A stretch of 63,860 bases of DNA, the filler included, from Octopus bimaculoides (taxonomy: Eukaryota): assembly GCF_001194135.2 (NCBI RefSeq). It is 5 parts of 5 records of this genome, joined end to end, with 100 filler letters (N's around TTAATTAATTAA, not from the genome) between each part and the next. Parts side by side here need not be neighbours in the genome. Positions count along the whole stretch, not along the records: positions 22,552 to 53,145 come from NC_068998.1; positions 53,246 to 57,134 come from NW_026420056.1; positions 57,235 to 60,852 come from NC_069007.1; positions 60,953 to 63,860 come from NC_068984.1; 1 more part is not named here. The stretch is one strand, 5' to 3'. Under the pieces are notes generated by a model, which saw nothing but the letters and a program-made list of their open reading frames with translations, made no database searches and was not told where the DNA came from. Positions within the stretch are counted from its first letter, which is position 1. Every line of letters starts with the position of its first letter. Positions 50,212 through 62,208 of this stretch are shown one piece after another. The position numbers and the translations under genes are program-made.

Positions 50212-51550
50212 TTTCATCTTTAATCTCATTTTTGTTTTAGATCAGGCGTCTCGAATATGAAATGTCATAACAAGATCAGTACTGGCTATAATTCCTATAC
50301 AAAAATCTGCAGAGATAGCCTTTACAAGCGATCTATCATTATGATTTTATCCACAGAGTAAATACATCACTAAATATTAATTACTGTTTTTATTTGTGGA
50401 GTAAATATGTAATGGGTACATGTGTATGGTAAGAAGCTTGCTTCTCAACCACATAGTTTTGGGTTCAGTCCCACTGTGTGACACCTTGGGCAAGTGTTTC
50501 TACTATAGCATTGGGCCAATCAAAGCCTTGTGAGTGGATTTGGTGGACGGAAACTGGAAGAAGCCCGTCGTATATATGTATATATATGTGTGTATGTGTG
50601 TGTATATGTTTTTCTGTCTTCTGTTTGTCCCCTCAACATCGCTTGACAACCAATGCTGGTGTGTTTACGTCTCCGTAAATTAGCGGTTCGGCAAAAGGGA
50701 CCGATAGAATAAGTACTAGGCTTACAAAGCATAAGTCCTGGGGTCGATTTGCTCGTCTAAAGGCGGTGCTCCAGCATGGCCGCAGTCAAATGACTGAAAC
50801 AAGTAAAAGAGTAAAAGAGAGAGTATGTATGCATGCCTGCGTGTACTATGTGTGTATTTAAACGTATGCATATCTATAAATATACGAATACGTACTATAT
50901 TCACAAATTGCCATCCTTTGGTTTTTAACTTTTTAAAGATTTATTTTTATTTACTTTTTAGTTAATTTATGTTTTGTTAGGAACAATAAATTTCCGATAT
51001 CCATCGACATTTCAAGCAAGAAAATGTTTCTATTAATATATCTTCTATGACCAATGTTCTACTTCTGGTTAATTCTATATAAGAAAGCTGTGTTATCAAC
51101 TAATGATTTTCTATCCAGCTTTGTTTTCTTATGCAATGTAAAGTGTTGCTATGGCTCCTTGTAGATACAAGGTCAGTCGACTATAAAATATAGTATAGAC
51201 AAAAGACGAATGCACACAAAAAATATCAATTTACAAACTAACATCAATTTCATAAAAATTTATAAAAATAACTCTTCAATCAAATGGTTAGCTTAACAAA
51301 TTAATTATTGCTTCAAATATACAAAATGTAATTATTACACTCTAACACTTCGAAGGAGAATTCAACATACCGTACCTTATCACCATAGATCNNNNNNNNN
51401 NNNNNNNNNNNNNNNNNNNNNNNNNNNNNNNNNNNNNNNNNNNNNNNNNNNNNNNNNNNNNNNNNNNNNNNNNNNNNNNNNNNNNNNNNNNATATATATA
51501 TATATATATATATATGTATGCATATATATGTATATGTATATGCATATAAT

Positions 51551-51814
51551 GAAGTTTGCTTTTATAAGCGTTGAGATGTCTTAGAAAGTTAAAGAAGTGA
51601 TTTTAAATTCTCAAACGCAGGATAATGCTAATAATATAGCCTGAACAGGATAAGATACCCCTATTTTGCAGAAAAAAGTGTAGGCAGCCAGCTATGAGAC
51701 ATGAACTCACACCTCCGTGATTACTCGTCGCGGTGCTCTTAGACCGATTAAGCTTAACTGCCCCACCACAAGTTTTTCTGCAAATTTAAGATGTATAGAA
51801 ATCTCGCTTTATGA
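51551..51814 (-). mobile_element. Second copy of the tRNA-Thr-like repeat
   Basis: Cloverleaf-like about 51683-51762 on minus strand (loop CGAGTAA); flanks homologous to 45995-46282. Confidence 0.65.
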
Positions 51815-52241
51815 GATGCAATCATATGTTAAATTCAAATTACCCATTAAATGGGTAACATTACAATAGACTGGTGTTTTGTTCACGGGTAATGCTGGCT
51901 CTGCCCATCTAGCCAGTGGGGTAGCATCACTTGAGAGCTAAAATGATATGAGGAAGCACATTGTGACCAGCAGGGACTTTTCTTTTTTCTTTGTGATGTA
52001 ATCTTGGGATTGAAAATGTTTGTGGCTGAAGATAGCTTTAAACCATCTTTTCTATCAATTATATACTCATATAATGATGCAACGACTGTTTGTGTATAAA
52101 GCTTGAAACACGTGTACCGCAGAATCCTTTGTGTTCTGTTTTCATTTTATGTTTTAATATATTCTTTCACCTCGGCCACTATCTGGCATATACAGGTGCT
52201 TACACTTATCAAGTATTACCTCCAAAATTTACAATACCTAT

Positions 52242-52296
<55 letters not shown>

Positions 52297-52559
52297 ACAC
52301 ACGTAAAAGAGATTAATAAATCCAGGCAGATATCAATAATGCACTCAGTGTTAAATGAATTTCGTTAGCTGTATCCATCAATCAGATACCAATAAATACA
52401 AGTAGAATAACCATCCAAGGTAATTCTTCATGCCTGACAAGTAAATCCAAATATTGGTCAGAAGAATTTCATGAAATTCTGAGTTTAAGACACCAAGAAT
52501 AAGTTAGAAAATTACTATTTTTTAATCTCACAACGTGAGATATTCAGCAACAGTACTTT

Positions 52560-52772
52560 GTAGTGAAGATTGTTTGCCAACATAACATGGCAGTCCTGGT
52601 TTAGGACTAATGTTGCTGTAATTTAGCCTCAAGAGACATTGTCTCCAGCTGGCTCTACAACACAGATTGTGTTGTATAGCCAGCTGGAGACGATGTCTCC
52701 TGGGGCTAAATTACAGCAACATTAGTCCTAAGCCAGGACTGCCATGTTATGTTGGCAAACAATCTTTACTAC
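52560..52772. repeat. 213-bp near-perfect palindrome in an aminopeptidase intron or upstream region
   Basis: Arms of about 105 bp with few mismatches; centre TACAACACA-GAT-TGTGTTGTA. Confidence 0.9.
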
Positions 52773-52789
52773 CAAGAATAAGAATGGAG

Positions 52790-53078
52790 AAAATCACATC
52801 TTTAATTGGGTATTACACCATACATTATCGACAATCATTTGTATTGTGCCAGCATATTTAGATACAGAAAAAGGTAGAAAATAACAGCCAAATTGGTATA
52901 TCTGAAAACAGATGCTAACACAATGTTATCAAGGCAATTCAATGTTGTGTTAGCATATATTTTAGAATATATTAATTTGACTGATATTTTATGCATTTTT
53001 CTGTTTCTAAATATGCTTGCACAATAGAAACGTTCATTGATAATATATGGTGTAATCATCAATTAAAGATGTGATTTT
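52790..53078. repeat. MITE-like unit with about 42-bp terminal inverted repeats
   Basis: AAAATCACATCTTTAATTG..TATTACACCATA.ATTATC at both ends; internal hairpin GCTAACACAA...TTGTGTTAGC. Confidence 0.7.
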
Positions 53079-53095
53079 GTCTATTCTTATACTTG

Positions 53096-53145
<50 letters not shown>

Positions 53146-53245
53146 NNNNNNNNNNNNNNNNNNNNNNNNNNNNNNNNNNNNNNNNNNNNTTAATTAATTA
53201 ANNNNNNNNNNNNNNNNNNNNNNNNNNNNNNNNNNNNNNNNNNNN

Positions 53246-53300
<55 letters not shown>

Positions 53301-54833
53301 AAGCTAATGAATAAGGTCTCTACATGGTAGCTAGAAATGTTTCCCTTTCGCCACTACTTGACAACCGGTGTTGGTGTGTCTACGTCCCCGTAAGACTGAC
53401 GGAATAAGCAACAGGCTTACAAAAAGCATTTTAATTAAGTACAGGCGTCGATTCATTCGGCAGGAAATTGTTCAACGCGGTGCTCCAGCATGGTTGCGGT
53501 CTAACGATCGAAACAAGCAAAAGACTAGACATTAAAAGTTAAGACTCCAGGATCACTGCTAATAAAACCGGGTCTAAAACAACACTCACACATACATACA
53601 TACATACATACATACGCCTCAACAAAAACCTGGAAAAATTAGGGTTCTCAAAACCTGAAAGAAAAAGGCTGATTAGAAGACTACAGATTCAAGCCATCAA
53701 TGGAACTGTAAAGATATGTAAAACTTTCCAAAAATTTAGCACATGAATACATATGCATGCATCTAAAACGCATCCATAAAACAAAGATACAAATCTGCGC
53801 ATACACTAACACCAAATANNNNNNNNNNNNNNNNNNNNNNNNNNNNNNNNNNNNNNNNNNNNNNNNNNNNNNNNNNNNNNNNNNNNNNNNNNNNNNNNNN
53901 NNNNNNNNNNNNNNNNNNNNNNNNNNNNNNNNNNNNNNNNNNNNNNNNNNNNNNNNNNNNNNNNNNNNNNNNNNNNNNNNNNNNNNNNNNNNNNNNNNNN
54001 NNNNNNNNNNNNNNNNNNNNNNNNNNNNNNNNNNNNNNNNNNNNNNNNNNNNNNNNNNNNNNNNNNNNNNNNNNNNNNNNNNNNNNNNNNNNNNNNNNNN
54101 NNNNNNNNNNNNNNNNNNNNNNNNNNNNNNNNNNNNNNNNNNNNNNNNNNNNNNNNNNNNNNNNNNNNNNNNNNNNNNNNNNNNNNNNNNNNNNNNNNNN
54201 NNNNNNNNNNNNNNNNNNNNNNNNNNNNNNNNNNNNNNNNNNNNNNNNNNNNNNNNNNNNNNNNNNNNNNNNNNNNNNNNNNNNNNNNNNNNNNNNNNNN
54301 NNNNNNNNNNNNNNNNNNNNNNNNNNNNNNNNNNNNNNNNNNNNNNNNNNNNNNNNNNNNNNNNNNNNNNNNNNNNNNNNNNNNNNNNNNNNNNNNNNNN
54401 NNNNNNNNNNNNNNNNNNNNNNNNNNNNNNNNNNNNNNNNNNNNNNNNNNNNNNNNNNNNNNNNNNNNNNNNNNNNNNNNNNNNNNNNNNNNNNNNNNNN
54501 NNNNNNNNNNNNNNNNNNNNNNNNNNNNNNNNNNNNNNNNNNNNNNNNNNNNNNNNNNNNNNNNNNNNNNNNNNNNNNNNNNNNNNNNNNNNNNNNNNNN
54601 NNNNNNNNNNNNNNNNNNNNNNNNNNNNNNNNNNNNNNNNNNNNNNNNNNNNNNNNNNNNNNNNNNNNNNNNNNNNNNNNNNNNNNNNNNNNNNNNNNNN
54701 NNNNNNNNNNNNNNNNNNNNNNNNNNNNNNNNNNNNNNNNNNNNNNNNNNNNNNNNNNNNNNNNNNNNNNNNNNNNNNNNNNNNNNNNNNNNNNNNNNNN
54801 NNNNNNNNNNNNNNNCACCACCATACACACACG

Positions 54834-54870
<37 letters not shown>

Positions 54871-57307
54871 ATACAAACACACACGCACACATGCATCAAC
54901 CAAACCGTTTAACTCCCGCGTGCTGGGCACGTGCTTGATCGTTCACCCTCACTCGTAGAGTAGGGAGTGCGCGGCGGGTGGGTGCGGGTTGAGGAAGAGG
55001 GTCGTACGAGGGTAGGAGAAGGGGGCTAGGCAGAGATGAGAAGGGGACGCGTGTCTGTCAGTGCGAGTGTGTCTGCGTCTGTAAGCGTGTATGTGTGTCT
55101 GTTGATGTAGATGTGTGTATGTATATGCCTTTATGAGTATACATTTTGTGTGTGTGTATGTGTGTATTTGCATGTTGATGTATGTATGCATGTGTACGTT
55201 TATGCATTTCTTAGCAAAAGGGTGTGTACGTCGTTTTGTGTGTTTGTGAGTTGATGTATGTGTGTCAGGGTGTGTGTGCATATCCGTGTGTTTAACTTTC
55301 TGTCTGTACATACATACATATACACCGCACATACATACATATATATATACGACGAATTTCTGTCTACCAAATCCACTCACAAGGCTTTGGTCATCCCGAG
55401 GCTATAGCAGAAGACACCTGCGCAAGGTGGCACGCAGTGGGACTGAACCCGGAACCATGTGGTTGGGAAGCAAGATTCTTAACACACAACCACGCCTACA
55501 TACTCAAACATACACATAAACGAATGCACACGATACATATGCGTATATTCACACACGTTCTAACGTACATAGTTATACATATAAACACATACATACATAC
55601 ATACACACACGTCTGCAATTACGCATATAGTAGATACCCACATATTTTAATAACTAGNNNNNNNNNNNNNNNNNNNNNNNNNNNNNNNNNNNNNNNNNNN
55701 NNNNNNNNNNNNNNNNNNNNNNNNNNNNNNNNNNNNNNNNNNNNNNNNNNNNNNNNNNNNNNNNNNNNNNNNNNNNNNNNNNNNNNNNNNNNNNNNNNNN
55801 NNNNNNNNNNNNNNNNNNNNNNNNNNNNNNNNNNNNNNNNNNNNNNNNNNNNNNNNNNNNNNNNNNNNNNNNNNNNNNNNNNNNNNNNNNNNNNNNNNNN
55901 NNNNNNNNNNNNNNNNNNNNNNNNNNNNNNNNNNNNNNNNNNNNNNNNNNNNNNNNNNNNNNNNNNNNNNNNNNNNNNNNNNNNNNNNNNNNNNNNNNNN
56001 NNNNNNNNNNNNNNNNNNNNNNNNNNNNNNNNNNNNNNNNNNNNNNNNNNNNNNNNNNNNNNNNNNNNNNNNNNNNNNNNNNNNNNNNNNNNNNNNNNNN
56101 NNNNNNNNNNNNNNNNNNNNNNNNNNNNNNNNNNNNNNNNNNNNNNNNNNNNNNNNNNNNNNNNNNNNNNNNNNNNNNNNNNNNNNNNNNNNNNNNNNNN
56201 NNNNNNNNNNNNNNNNNNNNNNNNNNNNNNNNNNNNNNNNNNNNNNNNNNNNNNNNNNNNNNNNNNNNNNNNNNNNNNNNNNNNNNNNNNNNNNNNNNNN
56301 NNNNNNNNNNNNNNNNNNNNNNNNNNNNNNNNNNNNNNNNNNNNNNNNNNNNNNNNNNNNNNNNNNNNNNNNNNNNNNNNNNNNNNNNNNNNNNNNNNNN
56401 NNNNNNNNNNNNNNNNNNNNNNNNNNNNNNNNNNNNNNNNNNNNNNNNNNNNNNNNNNNNNNNNNNNNNNNNNNNNNNNNNNNNNNNNNNNNNNNNNNNN
56501 NNNNNNNNNNNNNNNNNNNNNNNNNNNNNNNNNNNNNNNNNNNNNNNNNGTTCATATATATATATATATATATATACATAATTATTATATTAGTGTGGTA
56601 CATATACATTGTGCACATTTAAGAGCGTATATCCATGCATTAGTGCTTGAGTACGAGCATATGTGTGTGTATTACAGGGTTTGTGTGTTCCTTTATATGT
56701 AAGCATGGATATGTATGTATATATATATATATATATGTATATATATGTATTTCTGGATGTCGAGGTATATGTGCAAATATGTGTATAAGTCTATATGTAT
56801 TGTGTATGTATGTATGTATGGATGGATGGATGGATGGATGTAAGAAAATCATATGTAACGCAAACGTTATGTTCCGACAGTGAAAAGTCTTGCCTCATGA
56901 CTCGTATTTCGGAATTCTGTAACGTGAAGTTATTTTCCGTAAGCTGAGTTATTGGCTTATAATATATGGAAATCACATGCCGCGTTTCAGAATTCTAGGA
57001 ACGCAACACTTCCGTAACGCAGAAAAAACTCTGTGTGTGTGTGTGTGTGTGGCTGTATGCATATATAGACACATACATATATAAGTATATGCAAGTATAT
57101 ACACATATACACATCTATATATATATATATATATNNNNNNNNNNNNNNNNNNNNNNNNNNNNNNNNNNNNNNNNNNNNTTAATTAATTAANNNNNNNNNN
57201 NNNNNNNNNNNNNNNNNNNNNNNNNNNNNNNNNNACGTCTTCCTCACGTGGTATTGATGTTCACATGGTCAAAATTAACGTGAGTTATTTAGACATTAAC
57301 AAATTTA

Positions 57308-57383
57308 TTAGAATATTTAGCTGAAGATCAGAATAGAGTATTCTTTACTCTTAACCGTGAAACGATCGTACTAAATTAACTAA
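57308..57383 (+). ncRNA. Type I hammerhead ribozyme motif
   Basis: TTAG-AAT-ATTTAG CTGAAGA ..domain II.. GAAA CGATCG TA CTAAAT-TAA-CTAA: 6-bp perfect stem I, palindromic stem III, GUA site; base of stem II mismatched. Confidence 0.7.
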
Positions 57384-57497
57384 AGGCAAGTGTTTTTTTA
57401 CTCTTCTCTACTGTTTTTTGTTCTGTGTGTATCAAAAATATCGCTATCAATCTAGAGTAATAATTTGTAGTTTTGAAATCAGTAGTTCTTTGACTGC

Positions 57498-57498
<1 letters not shown>

Positions 57499-57548
<50 letters not shown>

Positions 57549-57860
57549 CTAGATAGATAGATAGATAGTGATATTCCAGTTTGATCGGTGATATTTCCAA
57601 CTAAATACGGTATTATCTATCCCAGGTTAACTAAAGGCATGTCCAACGTTCCAGATTAAGTAGTGATACGTGCAACTACAATACTGTGTTATCTCAGATT
57701 AACTAATGACGTGGGTTAGTGCAGGGTCTGACTGGCAGTGATGGTGGTAGTGGTGATGGGGGTGGTGATGGGGGTGAACACCGAAAGGGTGGCAGGTAGA
57801 GGAGTGGGGAAGTGAAGCAGGAGAGAGTATCTAGGTGGACGATCTGGTTATAAACAACAA

Positions 57861-57937
<77 letters not shown>

Positions 57938-59377
57938 TTGTTTCTGCGGCTACTACGGCCACCTGTTCCACATATCCTCTTGTCCCCGTGTTCCAAGCAC
58001 TCCGCCCTCTCTCTCTCTCTNNNNNNNNNNNNNNNNNNNNNNNNNNNNNNNNNNNNNNNNNNNNNNNNNNNNNNNNNNNNNNNNNNNNNNNNNNNNNNNN
58101 NNNNNNNNNNNNNNNNNNNNNNNNNNNNNNNNNNNNNNNNNNNNNNNNNNNNNNNNNNNNNNNNNNNNNNNNNNNNNNNNNNNNNNNNNNNNNNNNNNNN
58201 NNNNNNNNNNNNNNNNNNNNNNNNNNNNNNNNNNNNNNNNNNNNNNNNNNNNNNNNNNNNNNNNNNNNNNNNNNNNNNNNNNNNNNNNNNNNNNNNNNNN
58301 NNNNNNNNNNNNNNNNNNNNNNNNNNNNNNNNNNNNNNNNNNNNNNNNNNNNNNNNNNNNNNNNNNNNNNNNNNNNNNNNNNNNNNNNNNNNNNNNNNNN
58401 NNNNNNNNNNNNNNNNNNNNNNNNNNNNNNNNNNNNNNNNNNNNNNNNNNNNNNNNNNNNNNNNNNNNNNNNNNNNNNNNNNNNNNNNNNNNNNNNNNNN
58501 NNNNNNNNNNNNNNNNNNNNNNNNNNNNNNNNNNNNNNNNNNNNNNNNNNNNNNNNNNNNNNNNNNNNNNNNNNNNNNNNNNNNNNNNNNNNNNNNNNNN
58601 NNNNNNNNNNNNNNNNNNNNNNNNNNNNNNNNNNNNNNNNNNNNNNNNNNNNNNNNNNNNNNNNNNNNNNNNNNNNNAGACACAGACACACAAACACACA
58701 CACACTCACAGACACACACACACAGACACACAAACACACACAGACACTCAGACACAGACGTACAGACACACACACACACTCGCAGACACACACACAGACA
58801 CCCAGACACCCAGACACAGACATACATACAGACACACACAGACACACACACACACACACACTCACAGACACACACAGACACACATACACAGACACACAAA
58901 CACACACAGACACCCAGACACAGACGTACAGACACACACACAGACACACATACACAGACACACAAACACACACAGACACACAGACACAGACGTACAGACA
59001 CAGACACACACAAACACCTACCCCCCCCCATTTCCAGCGTGGTTGTCCTGTATATTTAGCGGCGACTGATTATGGCCAGTTGATGCTGGCATATTGATTC
59101 AGCTGTACACCTGTGCCATCATTATGTAGGGAGGGAGGGAGAGAAGGGAGAGGCAGGAGGAGGAGGATGGAGGGATGGAAGGAGAAGGGTGAGGTAGAGG
59201 TAGGTGAGAGGGGGAGGGAGTGGTAGAAGTAATGAATAGTGTAAACCGGTGAACACTAGTTGAACGCATATCGATCACGGATACGTATATATTGATCGGC
59301 GCTGGACCAGTAGTGGAGGTGGTGATGTCGATGATGATGATGATGGTGACGTCGATGATGATGATGATCGCGATGAC

Positions 59378-59413
<36 letters not shown>

Positions 59414-59545
59414 CGTCATCATGATGGTGGTGGTGGAGGCGATGACGACGACGGCGACAACGACGACGACGGCGACAACGACGACGACGACGATGATGAT
59501 GGTATTGGTGGCGATGATGATGATGATGATAATGATGATGATGTT
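57499..59545. repeat. Microsatellite cluster: (GATA)n, (TAC)n, (CT)n, complex (CACAGA)n, (GAT/GAC)n
   Basis: Direct reading; similar (TA)n, (CA)n, (ACC)n and (ATT)n tracts border most gaps in the window. Confidence 0.9.
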
Positions 59546-59634
59546 GAAGACCATAATTTTTCTACAACAAACAGTGTCTCAAGGCTAGATAATTAGAGGA
59601 GGGTCAGTCGACTGAGTTGACCTCAGCATTTGAC

Positions 59635-59820
59635 TTCACCATTCTGCAGAACATCTGGGCTTCCAGACAAATTACCATAAAAGCTAAATAGCATATTATC
59701 ATCTCTAATATGAAGTCCATTCCTTCTCTGTGGACGGAGACATGGAGAAGGACTAAAAAGACACTACAAGCGATAACTGCTTTCACCAATCACTGTCTGA
59801 GGTGTGTTCTTCAAATTCGA
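59635..59820 (+). mobile_element. RTE-clade LINE RT fragment
   Basis: FTILQNIWASRQITIKAK*HIIISNMKSIPSLWTETWRRTKKTLQAITAFTNHCLRCVLQIR matches RTE 'F..L.NIW.S...TK.RIFNSNVKSVLLYG.ETW......F.N.CLR.IL.I'. Confidence 0.7.
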
Positions 59821-60015
59821 GGTAATATTTATTCCTACTTATACGTGGATGTTCTGTTAGAATAAGCTATACTGCGGTTGATACCATGAGAGAACCTCTA
59901 ATGTTGACTTTTGGTGCTAAGTGCACTCTTATTTGAACCAAAAGCTAATATGAGAGTTCTCTCATGGTTCCAACAGTACATCCACGTTTAATTGGAAATA
60001 AATATTAACTCTCGG
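59816..60015. repeat. Imperfect fold-back, MITE-like
   Basis: CGAG..TAATATTTATT...ACGTGGATGT and CCATGAGAGAAC / GTTCTCTCATGG inverted pairs. Confidence 0.65.
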
Positions 60016-60955
60016 TATTAAATCTGCCTCTGTTGCTTTAACAAACTAAATGGCTAATCGCGACACCAGCTCCTGCTTTTATAGGTAGTTTTTCTCGTCC
60101 CCCTTCGACTTTTAGTTCATGCAATTGAAAATACCGCATTATTTATGGGATGACCCAATATATATACAGAGGTGCAGGCGTGGCTCTGTGGTCAGAAGTT
60201 TGCTTCTCAAGCACATATTCCTGGTTTAGTACCCCCCACCCCCCACCCCACACAGAGGCACTTGTGTGGGTCTGTGGCAAGAAGCTTGCTTACCAACCAC
60301 ATGGTTCCTGGTTCAGTCCCACTGCGTGGCACCTTAGGCAAGTGTCGTCTACTACAGCCTCTAGCCGACCAAAGCCTTGTGAATGGATTTGGTAGACAGA
60401 AACTGAAAGAAGCCCGTCGTATAAATATAAACGATGCTGGTTATATATATAACCAACGAACTCAGCGGTTTGGCAGAAGAAACCGATAGTATAAGTATCA
60501 GGGTTACAAAGAATAAGACCAGGGGTCAATTTGTTCGACTAAAAGGTGGTGCTCCAGCATGGCCCCAGTCAAATGATTGAAGCAAATAAAAGAACACGAA
60601 CGCGTGCACACACACAAACACACACATATGTACATATATATATATATATATATATATGGCTCGTGTGTTCTCGTCTACGTTTGTGTGCAATGTCCTGTAC
60701 CCAGATATGCACCTATACATACAGGTGGATGTCGGTATGCACATACCTGTACGTATATATGCATATACTCATTTACTTTTGTTTTTACATGATTGAACGC
60801 AGCGTCTCACAAAAATTGTAAGTAGTTCGTAAACTTATCCTCCGACGCTACTNNNNNNNNNNNNNNNNNNNNNNNNNNNNNNNNNNNNNNNNNNNNTTAA
60901 TTAATTAANNNNNNNNNNNNNNNNNNNNNNNNNNNNNNNNNNNNNNNNNNNNATA

Positions 60956-62208
60956 TCAGGTCATTAAGAATGAAATCTCCGATTTTCTTATGTACCGAGT
61001 TTGACAGCCATTAACTCTGTTTTACTCTGCAATTTTTTGTTTTACAACATTGAAGAGTTACATCATCACTTTTCGAAAAACAATTCATGGTTTCTGATTA
61101 TATTGTGAGTTTTCTCACGTAAATCAATTTTTGTGAACCCATGGATAGATAAAAAAATTCGTGTTGTTTATGAATATGAGTTCCGTCGTGGAACCAATGC
61201 ATCCCAGGCAACTCGAAACATCAACGAGGTGTTTGGCGAAGATGTGACAAATGAGCGCACTGTACGTCGATGGTTTAAGAAGTTCCAGTCTGGTGACTTT
61301 ACTTTTGAAAATCAGCCCCTTGATAGAGTTGAGACCAGGGTGGGTAAAGATGAGCTGGAAACAGTAGCAGAAGCGGATACAAACTACGCGTGAATTAGCA
61401 GCAAGGTTTAATGGACCATCTGGAGCAAATCGGCAAGGTAAAGAAGCTGGACAAGTGGGTACCACACGAACTGAACGAGCATCAAATGACACGTCATCTT
61501 GAAATTTTCTGTTCTTTGCTGTCACGGCATAAAAGGGAATCATTTTTGCATCGTATTGTTACGTGTGATGAAAAGTGGATTCTTTTCAACAATAACAAGC
61601 ACCCTGCATGGTGGTTAGATAGATAAGAAGTGCTAAAACATAATCCAAACAAGAATACTCACCAAAAGAAACAAAAAAAGCTCAAAAGGTGTCTGTTTGG
61701 TGATCTAGCGATGGTGTCATCCATTACAGCTTCATGAAACCTGGTAAGTCAATTACAGCGGATGTATACATCAACCAAATGGATGAAATGATGAGTGAAC
61801 TTACAATTAAACAACCGAGATTTAGCAATAAAGACCGGGCAATTCTCTTGCAAGACAATGCTCGACCACATGTTGCACAAAGAACGCTACTCAAGCTCCA
61901 GGAACTGAACTTGGAAGTACTTTGTCATCCACCATATTCCCCAGACCGTGCACCAACTGACTATCACGTTTTCCAGGCATTAGACAACTTTTGCAAGGAA
62001 AAAACTTCAAATCTGAAGAAGATGCAAAAACAGACTTTCGTGATTTCATTACCTCTTGCTCTCCAGAAGTTTTCGCTGCCGGCATAAATAAGCTACCAAT
62101 AAAATGGCAAAACTGTGTTGATAATATAGGTGCATACATTAACTGCATTGCTTTTTGTTAAAATAAATTTTCAGTTCAAAATCGGACATTTCCTTCTTAA
62201 TGACCTGA
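60956..62208 (+). mobile_element. Near full-length mariner element, transposase pseudogene (D,D34D)
   Basis: TIRs TCAGGTCATTAAGAA, TA TSD, 1253 bp; HTH, WVPHEL, TCDEKW, DNARPH and YSPDRAPTDY motifs spread over several frames with stops. Confidence 0.95.

Noticed and set aside
51330-51391. Possible 3' end of the next upstream aminopeptidase exon beside a gap (…IYGDKVR or …MLNSPS)
   Set aside because: Candidate donors exist in the needed phase, but the visible peptide is too short to show homology and the rest is in Ns.
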